DNA of 64,000 nucleotides from the IMG/VR virus record IMGVR_UViG_3300023179_004149, positions 62,001 to 126,000 of that record, one strand, 5' to 3'. Shown in pieces: positions 1 to 7,558 of the stretch (its first letter is position 1; every line of letters starts with the position of its first letter). The notes under the pieces are model-generated. The model was not told the origin of the DNA and ran no database searches. It worked only from the letters and a program-made list of their open reading frames with translations. The position numbers and the translations under genes are program-made.

Positions 1-391
1 ACTCTAACATCTCAGACCTCATCTGGTTCACAGATATGATAAAGTTTTGTACTTTCTCCAGTACTTCATTGGTTGTAAACTTAAAATAGTTTAAATCATA
101 CAGGTGATTATAATGAGTACTTGATAATCCCTTAGCGAAATTATTGTCATTCACGTCGAATAACATGTAGCTATCAACATAGCCAACATACACACGGTTA
201 AATATGTCTCTGATTTCTTTGATCTTTTTTGTGCTGGTAAAGCGTACTATTATTACAGACTGACCCATGCTAAATCTAACAAGGGAATCGGAATTAATAA
301 CAGCGGATATACCGTGCCTAAAATTCTCTGGGTATCTACCCAAAAAGAATAACATATACTCTCGCTTACGGGACTTAGTAAGTTTCATCAT
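1..391 (-). CDS. hypothetical protein, partial (runs off the left edge)
   Basis: Not in the ORF track. Manual translation from ATG at 391 (MMKLTKSRKREYMLFFLGRYPENF...) stays open to the window edge and is co-oriented with its neighbours. Confidence 0.7.
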   Translation of the reverse strand, partial: MMKLTKSRKREYMLFFLGRYPENFRHGISAVINSDSLVRFSMGQSVIIVRFTSTKKIKEIRDIFNRVYVGYVDSYMLFDVNDNNFAKGLSSTHYNHLYDLNYFKFTTNEVLEKVQNFIISVNQMRSEMLE

Positions 392-435
392 ATTTTCCCA
401 AATATGATACTTTAATTTAAAAAGTAGAAAATCCA

Positions 436-2682
436 TTATATCGTGTCTATTAATGTTGAGATGTTATTTTCCTTTTTAACAAGAATTCTGTGGTCGGCCC
501 AATCTTGAATCAATGGATTATGACTGATAATCCAAATGTGTTCAAAGAACTGTTTGAGTTTTTCAAAAAACAGACCGACTTTTTCAAGGTTCTGGTTGGA
601 TACTTTTCCAGTAACTTCATCAAACACTATGATATTAGGTTTTGGTAATGAACATACTTTACTCAACACACATCTTAGTGCTAGAGAACTTACAGTTTTT
701 TCATACCCCGATCCCGCATTAATTGGTTTTTCAACACCTGTTTCGCTATCTACCATCCAGAACTCAACCTCACCCTTTTCATTCATGCGCATCTCAAGAA
801 CAAACTCACAACTATCAGCAAGAAGTATTTTAAGATGGCTATTAATGAGTGGTATCATAGTACTTAACACCATTTTAGAAATACCATTCTTACCGTAAAT
901 ATCCAAGTAAACCTTAAAAATGTGGTCTATCATTTCTTCGTTCTTCAACTCTTTGAGTAGTGCGTTATAACCCTCTATTTTACCATTAGCGGTCAGAATA
1001 TCTCTATCTGTTCCGTTTATTTGTAAAGATACGGTTTCTTTTTCTTCGTTCAAAGAATTCAAAGAGAATTTTATTTTTTGAATATCAGTATCTATTAACT
1101 GGTTCTTCTCAACCCTACTCTTTATATCTCTATAGTTCTTTAACTTCTCATTACCACGGATTAAGCTATCCTGATACGCTTTCAACTCTAAACGGCTTTT
1201 CTCAATTAATAAATTGTTCCTGTTATATAAATCCCAGGCTACTTTTGCTTTATCAAGACCCTCTATCTTAGTATTGGCTATTTTTATAATCTCTTGTGTT
1301 GTTTCAAGAGATTCGTTTTTCTCTTTGAGTGACGTTTCGTTTTTCTCGATTTCATCACTATGATCAACGTTGTCCAGTGCCCTTTTACAAGTCTGGCAAA
1401 TCTCACTATTCTTCAACATATCGATAGTGGCTTCAATCGTATGTATTTCCAGTTTGGTTTTTATCTCTCGTTCTGTATAATCTCGAAGCTCTCCTTTGAG
1501 AGTACCGTATAAATCAATATCATACTCAATTTTAGGTTCTGGCATAGCGTCGATAAGGTTTCTGATACTCTCTTCCTTATCTTTGATAAGAGATTCGAGT
1601 TTCTGTATACCAGTGATGATGTTTTCTTCGCTCGATTTGTATAATTCGGTATCGATATCGTTATATCGAGTTTTATATAATTTTTCTGATTCATCTGTCA
1701 ATTCGGTTATTTTGGTTTTTAGTTCGTTAAGTTTTGAGTTTAAACCAACTAACATACCTTGGTATTGTTTAATATGATCTTCTTCAAGCGTAATTTTAGC
1801 CATAATTTCTTGGCTATTGTTATAGTAAAGCTTTGATTTCTCTTTCCATTCTGTATATTTTTTCTTGGCTATCTTTTCTTTCTCACGGAAAAATTCAAGA
1901 CCTATAAACCTGGTTAATATCCTACCGCGCTCAGTTGGTTTGGTTTTAATTAAATCATCCAGATTATCACCCGTTGTTAAGATCGTAATCAAGAAATCAT
2001 CATAAGTACCAACATATGTTTTGATTAATTCATCGGTATACTTTCTTTGCTCACCATTTAATTGTTTTACGCCACCACGAGGTAAAACCTGATAAAAATC
2101 AACATCACCCTTACAAGTATGGGAACCATCTTTAGCTTTTTTTCTGGTTATTGTTCTTTTGATAATGTAGTCATCACCTTCAATCTCGACCTTACCCTTT
2201 ACCTCAACCAAATCAGAATCAAGGAATCTGTTAAAGACTTCCTCATTCTTATCTGTTTTGGTTGTAGTACCAAAAAATAAGAACAATAATAAGTCAACTG
2301 TCATAGTTGTGTTATGTGAAACAATACCATTAGTGTAATATTGCGCCACCTCGTCCACCTGAATATCATATAAATCACTTTTTTCCTCTAATAACTCAAC
2401 GCTCTTAACTAAACTCACACCATTAATTGTCTGTATGGGTTCACCAACCTTAAGAGTGTTAAGATTAATAAAGTGTCCATCCTCATGTTTCACTTTATGT
2501 AAATCAGCTCCCTCAACAACCATTGCATTTTCAAGTTCGCAACGATAAACATCAGCATTTTTTTCCGTAATACCGCACCATATTATGTCTTTATAACCAT
2601 AGGGTGTGTTTACCTTAATTCCAAGATTACCATATTTTTGATATAGCTCATTTAATTTACCAATCGTTATCTCTTTAATCAT
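436..2682 (-). CDS. sbcC: Split-intein C-fragment (124 aa) fused to the C-terminal part of Rad50/SbcC (gp46-like) ATPase
   Basis: Intein blocks B (GADLH), F (LYDIQV) and G (NGIVSHN) are followed by TTMTVD, the end of Walker A. Also long coiled coil, zinc hook CQTC, signature-like GSGYEK, Walker B IIVFDE and H-loop IISH. Confidence 0.93.
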   Translation of the reverse strand: MIKEITIGKLNELYQKYGNLGIKVNTPYGYKDIIWCGITEKNADVYRCELENAMVVEGADLHKVKHEDGHFINLNTLKVGEPIQTINGVSLVKSVELLEEKSDLYDIQVDEVAQYYTNGIVSHNTTMTVDLLLFLFFGTTTKTDKNEEVFNRFLDSDLVEVKGKVEIEGDDYIIKRTITRKKAKDGSHTCKGDVDFYQVLPRGGVKQLNGEQRKYTDELIKTYVGTYDDFLITILTTGDNLDDLIKTKPTERGRILTRFIGLEFFREKEKIAKKKYTEWKEKSKLYYNNSQEIMAKITLEEDHIKQYQGMLVGLNSKLNELKTKITELTDESEKLYKTRYNDIDTELYKSSEENIITGIQKLESLIKDKEESIRNLIDAMPEPKIEYDIDLYGTLKGELRDYTEREIKTKLEIHTIEATIDMLKNSEICQTCKRALDNVDHSDEIEKNETSLKEKNESLETTQEIIKIANTKIEGLDKAKVAWDLYNRNNLLIEKSRLELKAYQDSLIRGNEKLKNYRDIKSRVEKNQLIDTDIQKIKFSLNSLNEEKETVSLQINGTDRDILTANGKIEGYNALLKELKNEEMIDHIFKVYLDIYGKNGISKMVLSTMIPLINSHLKILLADSCEFVLEMRMNEKGEVEFWMVDSETGVEKPINAGSGYEKTVSSLALRCVLSKVCSLPKPNIIVFDEVTGKVSNQNLEKVGLFFEKLKQFFEHIWIISHNPLIQDWADHRILVKKENNISTLIDTI
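2311..2682 (-). mobile_element. Split intein C-fragment (IntC, 124 aa; +1 residue Thr)
   Basis: MIKEITIGKL...YYTNGIVSHN|T: HINT-fold motifs without block A and without an endonuclease domain. Confidence 0.9.
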
Positions 2683-3688
2683 TTGTTTTTATATTTAAAA
2701 ATTGTAAACATTTTTTTATTGTTAATTCTTTATTTTTTCTATAATCAGAATCCCATATTGTCAACACCTCATAACCCTCATCAACCGCAGCCAACTTTTT
2801 AAATTCGTCTTGCTCTTGAATTTCTTTAGCTGTTAAATTTTTTCTAAAAGGATGTGGGTAATCATCTGGTTTATATTTCGAAGGGTTACCATGATAATCA
2901 TCGCCATTATACTCAATAATTTTTTTCATTTTAATATCAGCGAAATCATATAACCACAAACCACCATTTTTTTTATTTAATCTAATTTCTTTATTTTTAG
3001 TAGCGAAATAAACATGCTCTCTGTTCTTTATTTCATATTGTTCTAAAATTAAATAAAATAATTCTTGTGATATTTTAGAGTACCCTATTTTTAAATTACC
3101 GCCAGACGATAAAGATTTTTGCCAATCAATTTGTCGTTTATTAAAAATAAATTTACCTCTTTCCTCACCATGTTTTGCGACACATTTTTCAAGTGTAAAC
3201 GTTCTCTGTTGTTCGGATATTCTATCAATAGCCTCAGCCTCCGTTAAACCCCTTTTCATCCAATATTCCTTTTTTTTGGGGGAAGCATTACCTTCTTTTT
3301 GTTTTCTTTTCTGGTATTTTAATTTACCCACAATATCACCATATTTTTCAATAAACGCCCTTTCGGTATTCATTAAATGACATTCTATTTTAAATTTAGC
3401 TTCTTCTTTGGTAAAACCTTTATCTAGCCAATAATCAATATAAACTGGTTTAAATTTCTTGATTTTTAATTCCGCTTCATCTTTAGATAAACCTCGTTGA
3501 ATCCAATAATTTACCGAATAAGCCGAACCATTTGCAATAGTTATATTATTATCTTTTAATCGTTTTACTATAACTGATTCATCAACACCAAATTCTTTTG
3601 CTATTTTTTTCGTCGATTTTAATTCTTTAGTGTAATCGGTAATGATTTTTTCAACTTGTTCTGTAGTAAATTCATATTTTTTACCCAT
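2675..3688 (-). CDS. Free-standing homing endonuclease, Vsr-like/EDxHD (DUF559-like) nuclease with N-terminal HTH and repeats
   Basis: C-terminal YDF...IIEYNGDDYHGN...GYEVLTIWDSD. N-terminal HTH (STKKIAKEFGVDESVIVKRL) and three YWxxxGxxxxEA repeats. Lies between the two intein halves. Confidence 0.85.
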   Translation of the reverse strand: MGKKYEFTTEQVEKIITDYTKELKSTKKIAKEFGVDESVIVKRLKDNNITIANGSAYSVNYWIQRGLSKDEAELKIKKFKPVYIDYWLDKGFTKEEAKFKIECHLMNTERAFIEKYGDIVGKLKYQKRKQKEGNASPKKKEYWMKRGLTEAEAIDRISEQQRTFTLEKCVAKHGEERGKFIFNKRQIDWQKSLSSGGNLKIGYSKISQELFYLILEQYEIKNREHVYFATKNKEIRLNKKNGGLWLYDFADIKMKKIIEYNGDDYHGNPSKYKPDDYPHPFRKNLTAKEIQEQDEFKKLAAVDEGYEVLTIWDSDYRKNKELTIKKCLQFLNIKTND

Positions 3689-3715
3689 ATTTATAGTTTC
3701 TTTACTATAAATATG
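3686..3715 (-). promoter_or_regulatory. Hairpin sequestering the endonuclease start codon, with a TATTTATA promoter-like motif in its 5' arm
   Basis: Coding strand CATATTTATAGT-aaagaa-ACTATAAATATG is a perfect 12-bp inverted repeat ending in the ATG. Confidence 0.8.
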
Positions 3716-3749
3716 TCCAGCTAACTAAAAAGGTAAGGGTATTGAAAAA

Positions 3750-4355
3750 TTATTTTAATTCTTCGGGTATAAAACCCAACGTTTTCAATATATAATCCTC
3801 ATTATATTCAATTGTTATATTAGTATTTTCTTTAATACATTTACCGCCATAATTTGGCGGGTCGGATATTACCGACGTAATACCGTTTTTATTTTCATAT
3901 TTGAGTTTATTACCCGAACCATACGACAAGAAATTAGAGAATTCAATCTCTTTGATTTTAAATTTCTTATATCTATTAGTTTGTTCTTTGTAATTCTCTA
4001 ATTCGATATTTACTGAGTTGTCCAGTTTGATGAGATGGGCTGTGTTAATCTCAATGTTGTTATCGATCAAGTATTGTTCGATTAACTTCTTTTGGTAGTT
4101 TTCATCTAAAATAAGCTCAGAAGCGTCCGCTCCACCCTCAGCCACAAGTTCAGAGTTCTTGCTAATAATTGGCTTAAAAATAACTTTAACTTTATTGGTC
4201 TTATACCTGTTTTGAAAATATTTTTCAATTTCTTTTTCTTTTACTTGCGAATGATTATCTAACGTATCTTCCCATATAACTTTTATATAGTTGTTACTAT
4301 CATAAATATCGTCATTTTTGGGCTTAGATGTCGTATATGTCATTGTAGTTATCAT
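3750..4355 (-). CDS. sbcC: N-terminal part of Rad50/SbcC (with ~130-aa extension) fused to a split-intein N-fragment
   Basis: FKIKEIEFSNFLSYG (typical SMC/Rad50 first strand), then GITSVISDPPNYGGK (Walker A up to the Lys), then CIKENTNI... and a stop 29 aa later. Confidence 0.9.
   Translation of the reverse strand: MITTMTYTTSKPKNDDIYDSNNYIKVIWEDTLDNHSQVKEKEIEKYFQNRYKTNKVKVIFKPIISKNSELVAEGGADASELILDENYQKKLIEQYLIDNNIEINTAHLIKLDNSVNIELENYKEQTNRYKKFKIKEIEFSNFLSYGSGNKLKYENKNGITSVISDPPNYGGKCIKENTNITIEYNEDYILKTLGFIPEELK
3753..3839 (-). mobile_element. Split intein N-fragment (IntN, 29 aa, Cys1)
   Basis: CIKENTNITIEYNEDYILKTLGFIPEELK* matches block A (C-h-x-x-x-T-x-I) directly after the Walker A Lys. 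Confidence 0.88.
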
Positions 4356-4593
4356 TTTCTATTCTTTTATTGGTTACGGTAATTGTGTTGTCTTCTTGTT
4401 TAATTTCTGGTTGAGGTGTTTCTTCTTTTCCTATCGGACTTTGTTTAATCTCAATGTCTGGTTTATTACCGTACTTAAGAACCGAAAAAGCATTCCCAAT
4501 GAGATCATTTAAAAATTTATCTGGATCGCCAATATCGTTAATCTTACAATATAATTCGATCTCATCAAGTTGTTTCTTATTAAGTTTAAGCAT
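4324..4593 (-). CDS. hypothetical protein (89 aa)
   Basis: ATG at 4593 overlaps the sbcD stop (ATGCTTAA) and is preferred over the track's TTG start at 4620. Fills the gap between sbcD and sbcC-N. Confidence 0.65.
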   Translation of the reverse strand: MLKLNKKQLDEIELYCKINDIGDPDKFLNDLIGNAFSVLKYGNKPDIEIKQSPIGKEETPQPEIKQEDNTITVTNKRIENDNYNDIYDI

Positions 4594-5386
4594 TGGTAAA
4601 TATTTCGCAACCCTCTTCAATATCCGAAAAATCAGTTATTTTGAAGGTAAGGTATTTAACGGGATTATCGATATCGTAAAGTTTATAGTCGAAACCATTA
4701 TCAGTAATAGTAAGAACACCATATCCGTGTTGGGACACAGTTTCTCCGTAATTTTGTTGAATCATGCTACCAGGATAGATAACATCTATACCTGATTTGG
4801 TTTTTAATATCTGTCTTTTGTGTATATCACCGCACATTACGATATGACAATCAGCGAACTTTTCAACGTCGACACCATGAGTAAAACTATAACCCATTTC
4901 ATTAACAGCTCCAACTATTACACCATGAAACAACCCTATTTTCTTTTTACCTTTATATGAATTATGATGTAGTTGTTCGGGTGTAGCATGACTATCAAAA
5001 ATAGAATACACGACCCAGGCTACGTCATCATCTTCAATAACATCAGACTTGGTGTAATAGTGAATATTATCCAAATCCAAGGCCTTGATGATTGGTGTTA
5101 ACGCATCCATACGCTCTTTGTTCTGTTCAACAATATCGTGATTACCAGGTATTATAATTACTTTCTTAGTTACTGACGAGCATTGAGTTAAAAACCAACT
5201 GACCTCGTTTACCAACTCAGGGCTTATTTGGTTTCTTGAATGTACTATATCACCAGCGATAACAATCCTATCAGGTTGTATCTTTTTCATTTGGTCGATA
5301 AAGTTTGAACACACAGATCTGAATTCTATGTGTCTTTGGATATTCCTAAAATGAATATCTGCAATATGCGCAATTGTTTTAATCAT
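4586..5386 (-). CDS. sbcD: Mre11/SbcD-like (gp47-like) metallophosphoesterase nuclease
   Basis: Five phosphoesterase motifs: ADIH, AGDIVH, PGNHD, FHG, GDIH. Adjacent to Rad50. Confidence 0.92.
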   Translation of the reverse strand: MIKTIAHIADIHFRNIQRHIEFRSVCSNFIDQMKKIQPDRIVIAGDIVHSRNQISPELVNEVSWFLTQCSSVTKKVIIIPGNHDIVEQNKERMDALTPIIKALDLDNIHYYTKSDVIEDDDVAWVVYSIFDSHATPEQLHHNSYKGKKKIGLFHGVIVGAVNEMGYSFTHGVDVEKFADCHIVMCGDIHKRQILKTKSGIDVIYPGSMIQQNYGETVSQHGYGVLTITDNGFDYKLYDIDNPVKYLTFKITDFSDIEEGCEIFTNA

Positions 5387-5399
5387 AATATTTTTATAT

Positions 5400-5825
5400 T
5401 TAACAATGTTCTTTTCTTGAATATTTAGTCCAATGCAGCCAACCTAATGTTTTAGTAATAAAACCCCATTCACGTGTTCTTTTGAAATTAAAAAATAAAG
5501 TATGACATGGTATTTCATTACCATTTTCATCCATCGCTAATTGCAATCTATGTACCCATGTTGCTGGCCTAAAGATTATTGAGCCTGGTTTATACCAAAC
5601 ACTTTTTTGAACCCCGTTATTATCACTAATTTCATAATAACCGCCCTTAAGCACAATACTCATAAAAGCCCAAGGATGGTCGTGCAAACATTCATCATCA
5701 CTTAAAACGATATTATGATGTTTAATCGAAAATAATTCGCCAATAGTTAAAAGAGTTCTCCTTATCAAATAAGGTTTACCATCATCTCTGGTAATAACGG
5801 TTCTTTTAAAGAGCTTTTTTTTCAT
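5400..5825 (-). CDS. cupin-fold protein
   Basis: LHDHPWAFMSIVLKGGYYE and a distal WVHRL form the cupin HxH...E...H metal motif. Confidence 0.7.
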   Translation of the reverse strand: MKKKLFKRTVITRDDGKPYLIRRTLLTIGELFSIKHHNIVLSDDECLHDHPWAFMSIVLKGGYYEISDNNGVQKSVWYKPGSIIFRPATWVHRLQLAMDENGNEIPCHTLFFNFKRTREWGFITKTLGWLHWTKYSRKEHC

Positions 5826-5827
5826 TT

Positions 5828-7555
5828 TTATTTTAATAATTTTAGTTTAAAATGGTCAATCAACATTTCAGCTTCGCGCTTCATGTATGCAACTGGAATT
5901 AATTTGAAAGTCTGAGAAAACTTATCCCAATAGAATAAACCAGCCCTATTAAACTTACGTCCAGTTTCTCTTTCGTACATTACACCATATACCGACAACT
6001 GTAATGTATAATCGTTGTACTGACAATGAGTCAAATGGTTTACTGGGAAATGTAAATATTCACCATAGGCATTCTCGTATTCAAATTTTTTATTTGTATT
6101 ATGTGTTTTAATATAATTTCTCGTCGCTAAATAAGTGTGATTTTTGCTTTCAACGGCCAAACATTTTGTTGGTACGGTATCTATTTTTTCTATTTTTTTA
6201 ACATATCTAAATTTCGATTTTTCTGTATCAGGTAAACAAATATCATTATAATTTTCCGTTTTACATAAAAAAGGATTCACACCGCCATGAGGTTTAAAAC
6301 AAACGTGAAGCGTCTTTATCTTTTTGTTATTACATGTTGTAAAAGCTTTTATTATTGTTGGTTTAAACCCTAACGAAGATATTAGTGTAGACATACCATC
6401 AGCTTGCCATTGTTGGGTTGTTATCATAACGCACCTGTCCCTTGTTTTATTATAATACCCGTCAGTATCCATAAACCCACGTAATAAATCTAACCTTTGT
6501 TGTTTGGATGCTCGTAAATATATATCAGGTATGTGTTTATTTTTTAATAACCCTAATTTATTTAACTTACCTCGTAAACCATAAATTGTTCTCGATTCGG
6601 CTAAACCACTTGAGCTGCCTGAAACATCTGAGCCTGTATCATACCCCCTATTTTTAAGTTCCTCCCAAATCATTTCGTTCATATTTGTCAAAACCCCACA
6701 GTCTTTTGAACCATCACCCAACCAAACCCCAAATACATAAGGGTCTATCGGTAACTCCAAATTTTTTTCCGTAATGACTTCGGTTGTTTCTATGCGTATG
6801 GGTTGTTTTTGTTTAAACATACCATATAAATCCTCTGTTGTTTTTATTACATTAGAATATTTATATTTTGATAATCTATTAGATATTTCCCATTTATGTT
6901 CGTGATCACAAATTATAGTATCATTTGTATCAAATGTTATTTTATAACATGGGTTATGGTGTATTTCCGATACATGTAATACTTTTGTTAAATTTCCTTC
7001 ACCATCAAAAATAACATCACCCACATTAATATCCGACATTAATTTAAAACCATCTTCTGTCGGTATTTCGGTATCAAGAGATAAACCTTTAAAATCCCAC
7101 ACATTAAATTTATCATAATCTAAGTCTTCGATAATATCGGATGTACCAGCAATACCAAGCTTATCATTAAACTCGTAAGACATGATATATTCTGGTTTTA
7201 AACGATCCGAATTAATCAAACTTAGTTTCTCGTCTGAACACACCTTTTTAAAAGCATTTAAAACCGTTTTTTCGTACTCATCCCTGGGAGAGTATATTCT
7301 ATGCGGCGCAAGTAAAAAGCGCTCTAAAATAGCGTGTAAATTAGTTCCGTATTCATTTGCAAGACGGTTGATTTCTCGCCATTCAGCAATCACCTCTTCT
7401 TTTGTTATTCCTTTTCTGTCCGCCACCCTCTGAGCGTGATAGTCTTCATCAAACTTTTCTTTGTACTTACCCAACATCGTGGTTACCGAAGTGTATTGCA
7501 TGTTTGGAAACTTGTCATTCACATAGGTGTGGGTTTCATGAATTAATTTTATCAT
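5828..7555 (-). CDS. PD-(D/E)xK (RecB/Cas4-like) exonuclease containing an intein
   Basis: Extein motifs SVTT, GTNLH, AGTSD, WDFK|TN and YTLQLSVY. Spliced length 245 aa. Confidence 0.88.
   Translation of the reverse strand: MIKLIHETHTYVNDKFPNMQYTSVTTMLGKYKEKFDEDYHAQRVADRKGITKEEVIAEWREINRLANEYGTNLHAILERFLLAPHRIYSPRDEYEKTVLNAFKKVCSDEKLSLINSDRLKPEYIMSYEFNDKLGIAGTSDIIEDLDYDKFNVWDFKGLSLDTEIPTEDGFKLMSDINVGDVIFDGEGNLTKVLHVSEIHHNPCYKITFDTNDTIICDHEHKWEISNRLSKYKYSNVIKTTEDLYGMFKQKQPIRIETTEVITEKNLELPIDPYVFGVWLGDGSKDCGVLTNMNEMIWEELKNRGYDTGSDVSGSSSGLAESRTIYGLRGKLNKLGLLKNKHIPDIYLRASKQQRLDLLRGFMDTDGYYNKTRDRCVMITTQQWQADGMSTLISSLGFKPTIIKAFTTCNNKKIKTLHVCFKPHGGVNPFLCKTENYNDICLPDTEKSKFRYVKKIEKIDTVPTKCLAVESKNHTYLATRNYIKTHNTNKKFEYENAYGEYLHFPVNHLTHCQYNDYTLQLSVYGVMYERETGRKFNRAGLFYWDKFSQTFKLIPVAYMKREAEMLIDHFKLKLLK
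6098..7087 (-). mobile_element. Class 3 (WCT) intein starting with Gly, with LAGLIDADG endonuclease, 330 aa
   Basis: Starts GLSLDTEIPT. Block B CDHEHKW, block F PTKCLAV, block G IKTHN|T. LAGLIDADG motifs FGVWLGDG and LRGFMDTDG. Confidence 0.9.
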
Positions 7556-7558
7556 AGC

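Noticed and set aside
2683-3749. Group I intron or sequencing error as the explanation for the broken sbcC
   Set aside because: Both flanks carry complementary intein motifs with their own stop and start, and the gap is almost fully occupied by an ORF, leaving no room for a ribozyme core.
5828-7555. Cas4 as part of a CRISPR system
   Set aside because: No Fe-S cysteine cluster in the extein, no cas1/cas2 or array; the context is replication/recombination.
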